Positions 1 through 12,559 of a DNA stretch of 64,000 nt are shown in pieces; the stretch's first letter is position 1; each line of letters starts with the position of its first letter. The position numbers and the translations under genes were made by a program. The notes beneath the pieces are model-generated. The model was given only the letters and a program-made list of their open reading frames with translations, was not told where the DNA came from and searched no databases. The stretch is from Octopus sinensis (lineage: Eukaryota): contig NC_043021.1 in assembly GCF_006345805.1 (NCBI RefSeq), forward strand, positions 5,890,001 through 5,954,000, in the 5' to 3' direction.

Positions 1-68
1 AAATTAATTTACTCTGCTATGTATTGAGTACCTTATTTACTGTGGTTAACCCCGACTCAACCGGGACC

Positions 69-216
<148 letters not shown>

Positions 217-295
217 GAGAGGTAGAAATTTTGGTAAACAAAATTAGATTTGACACATCTATACATACATATGTACATACATATATATCAATTTA

Positions 296-410
296 AATAC
301 ACAACCGAAAGAGCTACTAATAGTTTCATGCTTTTATGATACTTGAGCAGGCATATTCATAAAATATGCCATGTACCTTAAAGCAATCTTTCAGGCTCTG
401 TCTGTGCATT
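296..410 (-). ncRNA. Type I hammerhead ribozyme motif (Penelope-associated, extended stem II)
   Basis: Minus strand reads AATGCACA..AGAGC CTGAAAGA T TGCTTT..GGCATATT-TTATG-AATATGCC..AAAGCA T GAAA CTA T TAG TA GCTCT..TGTGTATT. Stems I, II and III pair by eye; the core carries one extra A. Confidence 0.65.
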
Positions 411-586
411 ATATATATATATTTTAAAAACAAGGATGTCTAGGCAATAAGAAAATAAAAATAGACATGGGAGAAATGTGAAGAAGGTTGGTGCAGAAAA
501 CGGAACGAGAAACAAGAAATGAAATCAAGAAAACTAAGATCCTCATCCTCTCTGATTGCAGAATTAGTTTAGAACAAGATAACGGA

Positions 587-1030
587 AAATATAATATAAT
601 ATAATATAATATAATATAATATAATGAAATTATTGTATACAGTGCTCAGGTGCACCACAACTTGTCAGAAAGTGCGTATAAAGTATATGCAGTAATGTAC
701 AAATGTCTGGAAAGCGAACAATGTATGAGTCAGATACATGCTTGTGTGTGTATGGAGGGGAGAAAATCAGGTGTAGTGTTGGCGAATCTCAGAAAGCATG
801 GAAGTTTTGAAGGATGCAGTGCTCCGACAACTAACAACTGATGCCGGTAGCTTGTTCCATGCTTCAGCAACTCTTAGCGTGAAAAAATGTTTCCTAAAGT
901 CATGGGAGCTGTGCTGTTTTCTGACTTTGTAAATATGTCCACGGGTGTTAGACGGGTGGAGTTTGAAAAGGTGCTCAGAGTTATTGTTTGTAAGATGGTT
1001 AATAATTTTGTCAATGTTTGCATGACAGCA
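587..1030 (-). mobile_element. CR1/L2-group LINE 3' end
   Basis: TRGHIYKV..RKHFFTLRVAEAWNKLPASVV..ASFK, followed by a 3' UTR and an (ATATT)n tail. Confidence 0.8.
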
Positions 1031-1069
1031 GCTCAATCCAGAGTGGGTGGTGCCCTTCAATTTGATTAA

Positions 1070-1300
1070 AAAAACAAAAAACCTGTCCATGTGTTTACAC
1101 TTGCTAAAAATTTCAGATCTTAAATTAAGCAGTGTGTTGAAATTGCTGGATCTAAGAATAATATGAGATCTTTCTGCTATACATAAGTTGCATTTCTGAG
1201 ATCCATTAACATATGGCTTGAATTTCTTCACTATTCTCCACTTAATTGCATGTGCTGTGAAGCTGCTTTTCAAATTCCATACATGGCTAGCCAATTTAGA
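1070..1300 (-). mobile_element. Penelope-like retroelement fragment (GIY-YIG endonuclease C-terminus)
   Basis: LASHVWNLK..IKWRIV..PY..CNLCIAE..LLNLRSEIFSKCKH matches the C-terminal pattern of PLE GIY-YIG domains. A hammerhead lies downstream on the same strand. Confidence 0.7.
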
Positions 1301-2504
1301 TGCACTGTCTTATATACAAACAAATGTACAGGTAAGATTGATAGTTAAATAATTAAGTAAGAGGCATATATAGTTAAACCATCTCAGAATTCTTCCCTCC
1401 AGAAAAAAAGATTTATTAAATTGTCAAGGTATGAAAGAGATCATTAGTGTGTGAATGACCCTGGATAACCTGAAATACAGAGATTCCTAACTTTAAAAAG
1501 TAACTGAAAATTTAGAAGTAATAATAAATTGAAATTTTTGTATTATGTGTGTGCATGTTTGTTTATATGTATGTGTGTATACATGCATGCGTGTTTGTGA
1601 ATGTATATGTACATGTGTGCAGATGTATATGTGAGTATGTGTATGTCTATTTTATATAACAATGTGTATATCAATGAAAAAATAATAATAATATCAATTT
1701 TTAGTTGTTTTATTTCAATGAGAGAACTGGACAATTGAATCTCTCTCTCGCTTGCAGTATGTACTTTATATTCGACATTCAAGAAATGCAACAACAAAAA
1801 ATAGTCCTAAACTATCTATATATATAAAAAAGGACCTATTGCTCTGTTTATTAGTCAATTAAAGGAATGAAATTAGCTGCTGAGACTTTCCTGAAATCTG
1901 GCACCAGGGAATCCAAAGACACAGTGTCATGATGGTGCATTTTAATATAATTATAACAATAAATTTAATGACAACGATGATGATGTTAATGATGATGATG
2001 ATGATTTTGAGGATGCTGATGATGCTGATGATGATATGATGTTGATGATGATTTCTTTTATTGGCCACAAGGTCCCTTGAGGACAATATAAAAGTATGAA
2101 ATACAACACACACAAAAAAGATAATAATAATAATAATAATAATGAGGATGATGAAGATGATGAAGATGATGATAATAATAATAATAAAAATTATAATAAT
2201 AAAAATTATAATAAAAGTGAATACTGTAAATTCTGTTTGATTTGTTTTTCTAAGTTGGAGGTGGAAAGGCCATTTTTTTCAGAGTATTTGAGACAAGTGG
2301 GACAGAGGAAGTTATCTTGAAAGTGGACACCTGACTGAAATGTAAGCAACTAAATAAGGTCCCGTAAATCAGGTGGTTGTATAAAACTGAAGGAGTTAAA
2401 TAATAAAAAAAATTGTTTTTCTTTTTCCTATTTTCCAGAACAGTGAATGGGGAGACATTCTAGGGACAAATTATAGATAATAATAATAATAAGAAGAAGA
2501 AGAA

Positions 2505-3460
2505 TCAAAGATAAAGTGCTATACAAAAAATTGAAAATGAATGAAACAGAAAATAGGCAAAAATAATCGAAGGTAAAGCACTGTACAAGAAATAGAAAAT
2601 TGAAAACGAATGAAATTGAAAATAGGTGGGTAAAGAAAAGAATGCATGGTCAATTTCATAGGGATGTTGAAGATAAGACAGACAGAGAAAAAAGATGGCT
2701 GTGGATGACTAAAAGTGATGTAAAACCAGTAATGGAGCCTCTAATCTGTGCTGCCCAAGATCAAGCACTAAGAACAAACTACATAAAATACAGAATAGAT
2801 AACACAGCAGAAGATGATAAGTGAAGAATCTGTGGACAAAATGGTGAAACCGAATGGCATATTACCAGTCAGTGTACACCTCTAGCCCAGAAGGAATATA
2901 ATAGGCACCACGACAATATAGCCAGGCTTGTCCATTGGACACTTTGCCACAAGTATGGACTTGACAGAGCAAAATATTGGTACAACCACAGACCTGAAGG
3001 CATTGTTGAAAATAGAAATGCAAAGATCCTATGGAATTTTATGATTCAGTGCAACCATGAGATTGTGAATAGGAAGCTGGACATAGTCTTAATTGAGAAA
3101 GAAAACAAACTATGTTGGATCATAGATATAGCATCCCCAGCTGACAACAAGGTATGCGATAAAGAAGAAAGAAAAGTCGAGAGATATGATAGGTTAGCTT
3201 GGGAAGTTAAGCAGTTATGGTCGATGAAAAAGGTAGCAGTAGTACCAATAATTGTCGGAGCCCTGAGAACAGTGAGCAAAAATCTCAAGAAGTACGTGGA
3301 ACAAACAAGGGCTGCAATAAGGGTGGAGCACTTGCAGAAAACAGCACTGCTTGAATACTCCAGAAGGTGCTCAAAAAATAAGAGGTGTTACCTTAGTTCA
3401 CTGGTAGTGAACAGCTGACACTGAAACACACCTCCAGTGTTTGAAGCTGTGCAAAGGCAA
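2505..3460 (+). mobile_element. R4/Dong-clade non-LTR retrotransposon 3' fragment (decayed)
   Basis: MHGQF..AAQDQALRT, a CCHC knuckle interrupted by a stop, HHDNIA, and a restriction-like endonuclease (KLDIVLIE..IIDIASP..VVPIIVGAL). It is embedded in (TAA)n repeats at both ends. Confidence 0.85.
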
Positions 3461-3739
3461 TAATAATAATAATAACAATAATAATAGTAATAGTCTTTTC
3501 TACTAAAGGTACAAGGTCTGAAATTTTGGGGAAGGGAACTAGTTAATAACATCAACCCCAGTGTTTCGCTGGTATTTCATTTATCGACCCTCAAAAGATG
3601 AAAGGCAAAGTTGACCTCAATAGAATTTAAACTCAGAGCATAAAGATGGAAAAAGTGTCACTAAGCATTTTACCTGCTGTACTAATAAATAATATTTTGA
3701 TCTTAACTGATTGGAAGTGTTATCATGTACATTGTTTTG

Positions 3740-4240
3740 TCTTGGTATAAATGATGGGCTACAGCAAATATTCTGCTCAATACCACAGATTTTCTTGTCA
3801 GTTGTTTGACCTTAACCAGTTGAGCATGTCCCTTAGTTGCTGATGATATGTGCATCTCTGATCACGAGCAGAAGTAGTGGGGGAGCATCATAGCCATTTG
3901 TCGAGAGGAATTCTTTAAGGTTTGGATAATTCACCTTTAGAAACATGGGTGTTTTGTTCAACATCTTTAAACAAACCTTATTCAGGGACCTTTTATGTGG
4001 GGTGGGCTATTCATCCTGAAGAAAATTTTAACTGGGCCCCACCTGCAAGGTCATGCGCTGTTTATCTTGATATGAGATCACAATATCGTGCACATACGGT
4101 TGTGATGCATGTGCCTAGTGTACCCTTATCAGACGGGTAGTCATGATTGGTATACTGGACTTTGTATATTTTACCCCAGTGTCACTTTGATGGTGTGCAC
4201 TGCTCTCTCATTCAATAATAATAATCATAATAATAATTAA
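3740..4240 (+). mobile_element. SINE-like interspersed repeat with (AAT)n tail
   Basis: A homologous reverse copy is at about 48445-48890 and a partial copy at about 32590-32750. Confidence 0.65.
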
Positions 4241-4989
4241 TTCTTTTATTGGCCACAAGGGCTGACAAAAATTAATCAAAACATAAAGGGACAAAACAGG
4301 ACGAAAAGTTACAAAGGGTTTTGTCCGTTTGTAAAAAAGAAAAACGTGTAAAAACAGTGTAACAAGGAAAAATTATAACAACGAAAAACTCCCAAAAGGG
4401 GGAGGCGTTACGAAAGTTTCCTGGTGGAAAAATCCATAAAAGCCAACGAGTGCCTGGAATAATAATAACGACTAGCAGGACCTTTGGAAATTCCACAGTG
4501 AAAGTCAGTATATTTGAAAACATTATATGTCACTAGAAATTGAAACCACAATCTTGTGATCGTGAATGCAACATTCTAACCACTAGGCCATACGCTCTCA
4601 CACACGCGCACATATTCTTTTGCATGTTTCAGCCATGCTGGGGCACCGCCTTGATAAAAAGTTATAAATAGACGGACTTCAACATAGCTTTCGTCCTCTA
4701 AATTCACTGGGCTGAAGTAGAAAATGTTCTCCCAAGGGTCACGCAGTGGACTGATCTTTTTTTTTCTTTTTTTAATCAGATCACTTTGTAAAAGGGACAG
4801 TAGGCCTAATATCCTTGCTGCAGTAGTTACTTTGCATTCCACACTGATACACGCCACAATACCTTCAGATATCCATGACCTCCTCATCTGCTTTAAGAAC
4901 AAGTAATTAAATTGATCAAACAGTTGAATATTTATCGTCAAAACCAACGGAGATACACACACACACACACACACGCAATCATATACGAG

Positions 4990-5752
4990 TGTGTGTATGT
5001 ATGTAAGTATGTATGTATGCATGTATGTATGTATGTGTGTGTTTATGTGTGTATGTATGTATGTATGTATGTATGTATGTGTGTGTGTGTTTGTGTGTAT
5101 GTGTGCATGTGTGTATGTATGTATGTGTGTGTGTGTATGTATGTGTGTATGTATGTATGTGTGTATGCATGTATGTATGTATGTGTGTATATATGTATGT
5201 ATGTATGTGTGTATGTATGTATGTATGTGTGTATGTATGTGTGTGTGTGTGTATGTATGTATACATGTATGTATGTATGTAGGTGTGTATGTATGTATGC
5301 GTGTGTATGTATGTATGTATGTATGCATGTATGCATGTATGTATGTATGTATGTATTTATGTATGTATGTATGTATGTATGTATGTATGTATGTATGTAT
5401 GTATGTATGTATTTATGTATGTATGCATGTATTTATGTATGTATGTATGCATGTATGTATGTATGTATGCATGTATGTATGTATGTATGTATGTATGTAT
5501 GTATTTATGTATTTATGTATGCATGCATGTATGTATGCATGTATGTATGTATGTATGTATTTATGTATGTATGTATGCATGTATGTATGTATGTATGCAT
5601 GAATGTATGTATGTATGCATGCATGTATGAATGTATGCATGTATGTATGTATGTATGCATGAATGTATGCATGTATGTATGTATGTATGCATGAATGTAT
5701 GTATGTATGCATGCATGTATGAATGTATGCATGTATGTATGTATGTATGTTT

Positions 5753-5821
<69 letters not shown>

Positions 5822-5822
5822 G
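4990..5822. repeat. (GTAT)n/(GT)n/(ATCT)n compound microsatellite
   Basis: Seen directly in the sequence. Confidence 0.95.
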
Positions 5823-6122
5823 ACATTGATAGTAATTTATTAATTTATCAATGACCAACGAACTATCTCCTTTTTTGTTCTATTATAATTCCATTTACAA
5901 CGAAGACACTCTACGTGCATTTAACAGGACAAAACGAGAAGAAAAAGTCAGAATGTAACTAAATTCAGCAAGGATCTACAACGATTCTACAAATCTACCA
6001 CATCCTTCACTATTATTGATTTTGTTATTTCAATAGAGATCGATACGAAACGGAAAATTTTAGATCGTCAAAATGTCGGTATTTAATCAATTTCGTCCAA
6101 ATATAACTCATCAATGAGAGAC

Positions 6123-6413
6123 GGCAATCTTTCGTCTCTAGTAGACCTTTCCGTCGATTTCCGTAAAACACATTTTTTTTTTTTTTTACATATGGGCTTG
6201 CGGGAACTTTTGAAGTTCACACACACACACACACATGTACATCAATGCTTCCCATGCAGGGTAACTTCAAAAGAACTTCCCTCGTCATACAATCGCTTTC
6301 TCTTAGTCTCTTTCGCTCTCATTACTTCAAAAGTTCCCGCAAGCCCATATGTAAAAAAAAAAATGTCTTTTACGGAAATCGACGGAAAGGTCTACTAGAG
6401 ACGAAAGATCGCC
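6123..6413. mobile_element. Mutator-like MITE, family 1
   Basis: TIRs of about 90 bp (GGCAATCTTTCGTCTCTAGTAGACC../..GGTCTACTAGAGACGAAAGATCGCC) with a perfect 9-bp TSD ATGAGAGAC. Confidence 0.88.
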
Positions 6414-6630
6414 ATGAGAGACAGATATTTTAAAATTCCATTTTATTGTTTCTCTTTTACGTGGTTTAAAGTAAAAGATTGCCTCTGATTATTGAAAGCA
6501 GTGCTCCAGTATGGCCACGGCCCATGAATGAAACCAGTAAAAGAATAAAAGAATAATAATCCTGATACTAAACTCCACCGAAATGGTATTTTTTTAGACA
6601 GGACTAAACTGTGAGGTAACAATAGCAGAG

Positions 6631-7037
6631 GCATAACTACAGATGTGTGCCTCACCGAATTTGCTGCCTCATAACTTCCAGAAAAATAGATATTTTTTAA
6701 CGAAATTTTGCACAAATACCGCTTAGATGTTGTTGATTCAGAATATATCGGGTTTTACGGGAAAGAATTTTCCGAGGGGGAGAGGAGTTTCAGAAAATTC
6801 ATACGATCCGACTTTTTTTTTCACACACATACACTTTCAGCATAACTACAGATGTGTGCCTCACCGAATTTGCTGCCTCATAACTTCCAGAAAATTTGAT
6901 ATTTTTTAACGAAATTTTGGACAAATACCGCTTAGATGTTGATGATTCAGAATATATCGGGTTTTACGGGAAAGAATTTTCCGAAGGGGAGAGGAGTTTC
7001 AGAAAATTCACACGATCCGACTTTTTTTTCCCTCATA

Positions 7038-7045
<8 letters not shown>
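6631..7045. repeat. Direct tandem duplication, about 209-bp unit, 2 copies
   Basis: GCATAACTACAGATGTGTGCCTCACCG begins at both 6631 and 6840, and the two units are near identical. Confidence 0.85.
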
Positions 7046-7070
<25 letters not shown>

Positions 7071-7430
7071 TTTGGTTTGCAGTTACTGTCCTAGAAAGTC
7101 CACTGGCAAAAAGGAAGTAACGAAGTAATTCTCCAAGGTACTTCCTAACACCCTTTCGCTTTCTCTATTACATACCAACTATAATAATATTTCTATGTGC
7201 TTATTGTAATATTAGCTTAAAAAGCGAGAAATGCATATTGAATAAAGCAGTCCTTGAAGAAATAAATATAACAGACGAGATGGTCACGATCGGAACGTGT
7301 TCATAAGTCAGTTCAACGAAGGTTGCTCTAAAACTAAACGATAGAAACAATTACATCTAATAAACACAAAGAAAGAAAAATAGATAATTAAAGAGTATAA
7401 ATATTTGTTTTTGAAAGCTGTTATATGTCA

Positions 7431-7503
7431 GGTTTCGTGGTGTAGTGGTTATCACGTCTGCTTCACACGCAGAAGGCCGCGAGTTCGAGCCTCGCCGAAA
7501 CCT
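7431..7503 (+). tRNA. tRNA-Val (anticodon CAC)
   Basis: Cloverleaf with acceptor GGTTTCG/CGAAACC, D arm GTG..CAC, anticodon stem TCTGC/GCAGA with loop TTCACAC, and T arm GCGAG-TTCGAGC-CTCGC. An oligo-T Pol III terminator begins about 6 nt downstream. Confidence 0.9.
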
Positions 7504-7743
7504 GCTAATTTTTTGATTTTTTTTTTTTTTTCTTTTACTCTTTATTCTTTTACGGGTTTCAGTCATTTTGACTGTGGCCATGCTGGAGCAGATCGACCCC
7601 AGGACTTATTCTTTGGAAGCCTAGTACTTATTCTATCGGTCTCTTTTTGCCGAACCGCTAAGTGACGGTGACGTAAACACACCACCATCGGTTGTCAAGC
7701 GATGTTGGGGGGTACAAACACAGACACACAAACATATACACAT

Positions 7744-7792
<49 letters not shown>

Positions 7793-8177
7793 CTAGCAGT
7801 ATCGCCCGGCGTTGCTCGGGTTTGTTTCGACCTTTAGAATTGGAATTTTTGAAAAGTAAAACTTTTGCATTATGTAGCTTGTTATTCTTTTAAGTGAACA
7901 TTTTTTTGGTTGAAATACACCGAAAAATGGCGACACAGCTGTCAAAAACTCGTAAAAAATAGAGATTTTCATAGAAAAATAAGCACCTTTTTGATGTAAA
8001 TAATTTTTGGTGTTAATATGGTCCGATTTGAATTTTTTCTTCTACGGAAGGAAGAGCAAGCTGTCTTCTATCATACTCTCAATTTTGGTCAACTTGTGCC
8101 GCAGGGTCTCGGAGGAGATAGTGTTTGTTGAAGGCTACCAAACCTGCCATACACAGACAACTTCAGCTTTATATATA
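7793..8177 (-). mobile_element. Non-autonomous Helitron
   Basis: The minus-strand 3' end is the hairpin CCCGAGCAACGCCGGG followed by CTAG; the 5' end is TATATATAAAG. Confidence 0.75.
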
Positions 8178-9199
8178 TCTATATATATAAAACTGTAGTT
8201 GTGTGAGTGTCTGTCTCCTACGATTAACTCCTCCCAAATTTTGCGGTGCAGTTTAACCAAATTCGGGTATCTTATAGTCGTGATTAATATCAAGCCCGTC
8301 TGGCTATTAGCGCGCGTCTACGATGAGTCTACGATTTTAAAAATAATTTAACATCATTTTTTATTCCATTTTAATGCACAATTTTTCGTGTGTCGATGGC
8401 GGCGGAGTTGGCGTCCACGCTCAAACACCTGCACCTGTGTTTGCTTCTCCCCCTTCTTCCCTCCCTCGTGAAGCTGTGGGGAAGGGAGTTTAAGGAAATC
8501 AACGTCGTAATGCGTTGTCAAGGAGACCAGCGTTCTTTTAGAACAACGACTTCATGGCTTGAAAACACCAAAACAGAAATGGCTAAGAAAGCCCGAATTG
8601 GCATCTATAAAGGAAGTAACTCTCTAAAAATGCTTATATAGTTATTTCCTTACAAACCCGAGCAACGCCGGGCGATACTGCTAGTATATATATAAAACTC
8701 TAGTTGTGTGAGTGTCTGTCCCTTTCGATTTAGATTCCTAACTCCTCCCACATTTTGCGGTGCAGTTTAACCAAATTCGGGTATCTTATAGTCGTGATTC
8801 ATATCGAGTCCGTCTGAGTATTAGCGCGCGTCTACGATGAGTCTACGATTTAAAAAATAATTTAACATAATTTTTTATTCCATTTTAATGCATAATTTTT
8901 CGTGTGTCGATGGCGGCGGAGTTGGCGTCCACGCTCAAACACCTGCACCTGTGTTTGCTTCTCCCCCTTCTTCCCTCCCTCGTGAAGCTGTGGGGAAGGG
9001 AGTGTAAGGAAATCAACGTCGTAAAGCGTTGTCAAGGAGACCAGCGTTCTTTTAGAACAACGACTTCATGGCTTGAAGACACCAAAACAGAAATGGCTAA
9101 GAAAGCCCGAATTGGCATCTATAAGGGAAGTAACTCTCTAAAAATGCTTATATAGTTATTTCCCTTACAAACCCGAGCAACGCCGGGCGATACTGCTAG
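8178..9199 (+). mobile_element. Head-to-tail dimer of a non-autonomous Helitron (8178-8684, 8685-9199)
   Basis: It starts A|TCTATATATATAAAA. Each unit ends CCCGAGCAACGCCGGGCGATACTGCTAG|T, and the units are highly similar. Confidence 0.82.
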
Positions 9200-9339
9200 T
9201 ATATATATATATATATATATAGGTGCAGGAGTGGCTGTGTGGTAAGTAGCTTGCTTACCAACCACAAGGTTCCGGGTTCAGTACCACGGCGTATAGTATC
9301 TTCTACTATAGCCTCGGGCCGACCAAAGCCTTGTGAGTG

Positions 9340-9740
9340 GATTTGGTAAACGGAACCCAACCAAATTCACAGAAATGTCAATGTAAAAAGGGAAAACAGA
9401 TCAGGTTTATCCGTGAAAAGAAAAGCCTACGGAAACACCACGGTAACCCTGGGCAAGAATGTCATACAAAAAGCACATTACAGTAAATGTCTCTCTTCTT
9501 CCTTTCTTTTTTTTCGTTCATAGGATCATGCTCAAGGTGGCTTCGTCATTCATACGTGCCATCCTTGCTACATTCACCCATCTTTTTTTTAAAACATTCG
9601 CTAGACAAAACTTGCCTCTTTACTCTCACTTTTCTCTTCAAGTGATACTTGAAGAAGTTGATGAGAGGTTGACCAGAGAGGAAAGTGTTTGTCTCCAATC
9701 CTTTCAGATGCGTCCACCAGATACATTCTTTCGCCATAGT
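9340..9740 (-). mobile_element. L1/Tx1-like LINE 3' end fragment
   Basis: MAKECIWWTHLKGLETNTFLSGQPLINFFKYHLKRKVRV; homologous pieces are at about 47090-47520 (+) and 54600-54990 (-). Confidence 0.6.
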
Positions 9741-10322
9741 TGGTGGTGGTCGTGGCAGAGTTGTCCGTAGTAGTCGTTGACTGTGAAGCTGTCGTCTGGG
9801 TTCTTCCAATTCTTCGTGTGTCGGCGTCCATGCTCGCACCTGCACCTGTCTCGCTCCTCCCCTTCTTTCCCTCCCTCGTGAAGCAGTGGGGAAGGGGAGG
9901 GTAGGGAAATCAACGTCGTAAGCGTTGTCAAGGAGACCACCGTTCTTCTCGAAGAACGACTTCATGGCTTTGAAGTCGCCATGCTCAAAGCAGCAAAATG
10001 GCTTGGAAAGCCGAAGACGAATTTACAAAATGGGGAAACACGCCACACAAAGGCAGGTTTCCCGTGCAAAGAATTTGCACAACCGAATGTATTTATTAGT
10101 TGTTGCACAATAGACGTCATTGATTAGTTGAAATTGCAGAAGAAAAAACAGCAAATATCTTACAAACTCTAGAATTTTCTGAATAAAGCCAAGAGAAAAA
10201 ATTTGTTATTTGACACATTCTACAGTATACGAAGTTTAAAATTTTTTTGAGAGAAGAACAGTGGTCTCCTTGACACGCTTCACAGGTGCATGTGTGAGCC
10301 TGGACGCCGACACACGGAAAAT

Positions 10323-11340
10323 TGGTGGTGTTGGTTGGGTGGTGGTGCGGTGGTGGTGATGATGATGGTGGTGGTTGTGTGGTGGTGTGGCGGTGGTGAT
10401 GGTGGTGTGTGGTGGAGTGGTGGTGGTGATGGTGGTGATGGTAGTGGTGGTGTTGGTGGTGGTTGGTGATGGTGTGGTGGTGGCGGCGATGGTGGTTGTG
10501 GTGGTGATGATGGTTATGGTGGTGGTGATGATGATGGTGGTGTGGTGGCGGGGTGGTGATGAGGTGGTGGTGGAGTTGGTGATGGTGGTGGTGGAGTTGG
10601 TGGTGGTGATGGTGGTGATGGTGGTGGTGGCGGTGGTGGTGGTGATGATGATGGTGGTGGTGGTGGTGGTGGTGGTGGTGGTGGCGGTGGTGGTGATGAT
10701 GATGGTGGTGGTGGTGGTGGTGGTGGCGGTGGTGATGGTGGTGGTGGTGGAGTTGGTGGTGGTGATGGTGGTGATGGTGGTGGTGGTGTTGGTGGTGGGG
10801 GTGGTGGCGGCGATGGTGGTGGTGGTGGCGGTGATATTGGTGGTGGCGGCGATGGTGGTGGTGATGGTGGTGGTGATAGTGGTGGCGATGGTGGTGGTGA
10901 TGGTGGTGGTGGTGGTGGTGGCGGTGGTGGTGGTGATGATGGTGGTGGTGGTGGTGGTGGTGATGATGATGGTGGTGGTGGTGGCGGTGGTGGTGGTGGT
11001 GATGGTGGTGGTGATGTTGGTGATGGTGGTGGTGGTGATGGTGGTGGTGATGGTGGTGGTGGTGGTAGTGGTGGCGGCGATGGTGGTGGTGATGGTGGCG
11101 GCGTTGGTGGTGGTGATGGTGGTGGTGATGGTGGTGGTGATGGTGGTGGTGATGATGGTTGTGGTGATGGTGGTGGCGATGGTGGTGGTGATGGTGGCGG
11201 CGATGGTGGTGGTGATGGTGGTGGTGATGGTGGTGGTGATGATGGTGGTGATGGTGGTGGTGGTGGTGGTGATGGTGGTGGTGGTGGTGGTGGTGTTGGT
11301 GGTGATGGTGGTGGTCGTGGTGGTCGTGGTGGTCGTGGTA
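10323..11340. repeat. About 1 kb (GGT)n/(GAT)n degenerate trinucleotide tract
   Basis: Seen directly; it produces spurious poly-His, Thr, Pro and Val ORFs. Confidence 0.95.
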
Positions 11341-12175
11341 GAGTTGTCCGTAGTAGTCGTTGACTGTGAAGCTGTCGTCTGGGTTCTTCCAATTCTTCGT
11401 GTGTTGGCGTCCATGCTCGCACCTGCACCTGTCTCGCTCCTCCCCTTCTTTCCCTCCCTCGTGAAGCAGTGTGGAAGGGGAGGGGAGGGAAATCAACGTC
11501 GTAAGTGTTGTCAAGGAGACCACCGTTCTTCTCGAAGAACGACTTCATGGCTTTGAAGTCGCCATGCTCAAAGCAGAAAATGGCTAGGAAAGCCGAAGAC
11601 GAATTTACAAAATGGGGAAACACACCACACAAAGGCAGGTTTCCCATGCAAAGAATTTGCACAACCGAATGTATTTTGTATTTATTAGTTGTTGCACAAC
11701 TTTTACATAAAAAATATGATCCAAACACAAACTTTTGAAGACAATAAAAAGGCAAACTTACTACTATATAGTAGTCCTTTGGCTGCTATTTCTAAAAATT
11801 TTCGGTATGTGTTCAAGCAACTGTTGCAAAAACCCTTATTATTATAATTATATAAGTTTTCACCGAATATGGTCTTTTCCATACCGAAATACTACTAGTG
11901 AAATATGTTGATTTATAAAGTAATTATATTTCACCCTATATCTGTAATGATATATATATATATATATAGTTAATCCAAACAGGAAAGCACAAAAAAACAC
12001 AACAATGCAAGGACGTGTAGCAAATATAGTATTATTGGACGCTTAGGGAAGAAGGAAAGAAGGAGGGTTTAACGTTTTGAGCGGAGATCTTCGTCGGAAA
12101 CATAGGAGAAGGAAAGATCCAGAGAAGGGAAGACAGAGGGAAAAAATCGCCAACGGTACACCCGGGGTCACATTT

Positions 12176-12217
<42 letters not shown>

Positions 12218-12219
12218 CA

Positions 12220-12270
<51 letters not shown>

Positions 12271-12559
12271 GAGAGAGAGATATGGAGATATATATATATA
12301 TATATGTGTGTGTATATAGATATATATTCATATATTCAAAGATGCGTATGAATATTAGAAGAAATATATATATATACAAAATGAGAAAATGGAGAAATAT
12401 ATCTAAATCAATCATCAACTGTCAGATAATACCGAATCATATACTTTATTAAAACACTACACAATAGCAATGATATTATACATTAATACAGTACAATAAT
12501 TACAATCAATATGGTGAAATATAACTAAATAAATATAACAAGACATAAAAATACATTTA

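Noticed and set aside
4576-5843. ORFs of MYVC/HTYI repeats
   Set aside because: These are translations of (GTAT)n microsatellites.
6631-7045. Possible CRISPR-like or satellite array
   Set aside because: There are only two direct copies with no spacers, and the context is eukaryotic.
10117-11755. Long poly-His, poly-Thr, poly-Val and extensin-like poly-Pro ORFs (392-468 aa)
   Set aside because: A GGT/GAT microsatellite is open in most frames by construction. The non-repeat portions are interspersed-repeat sequence, and there is no splice or promoter support.
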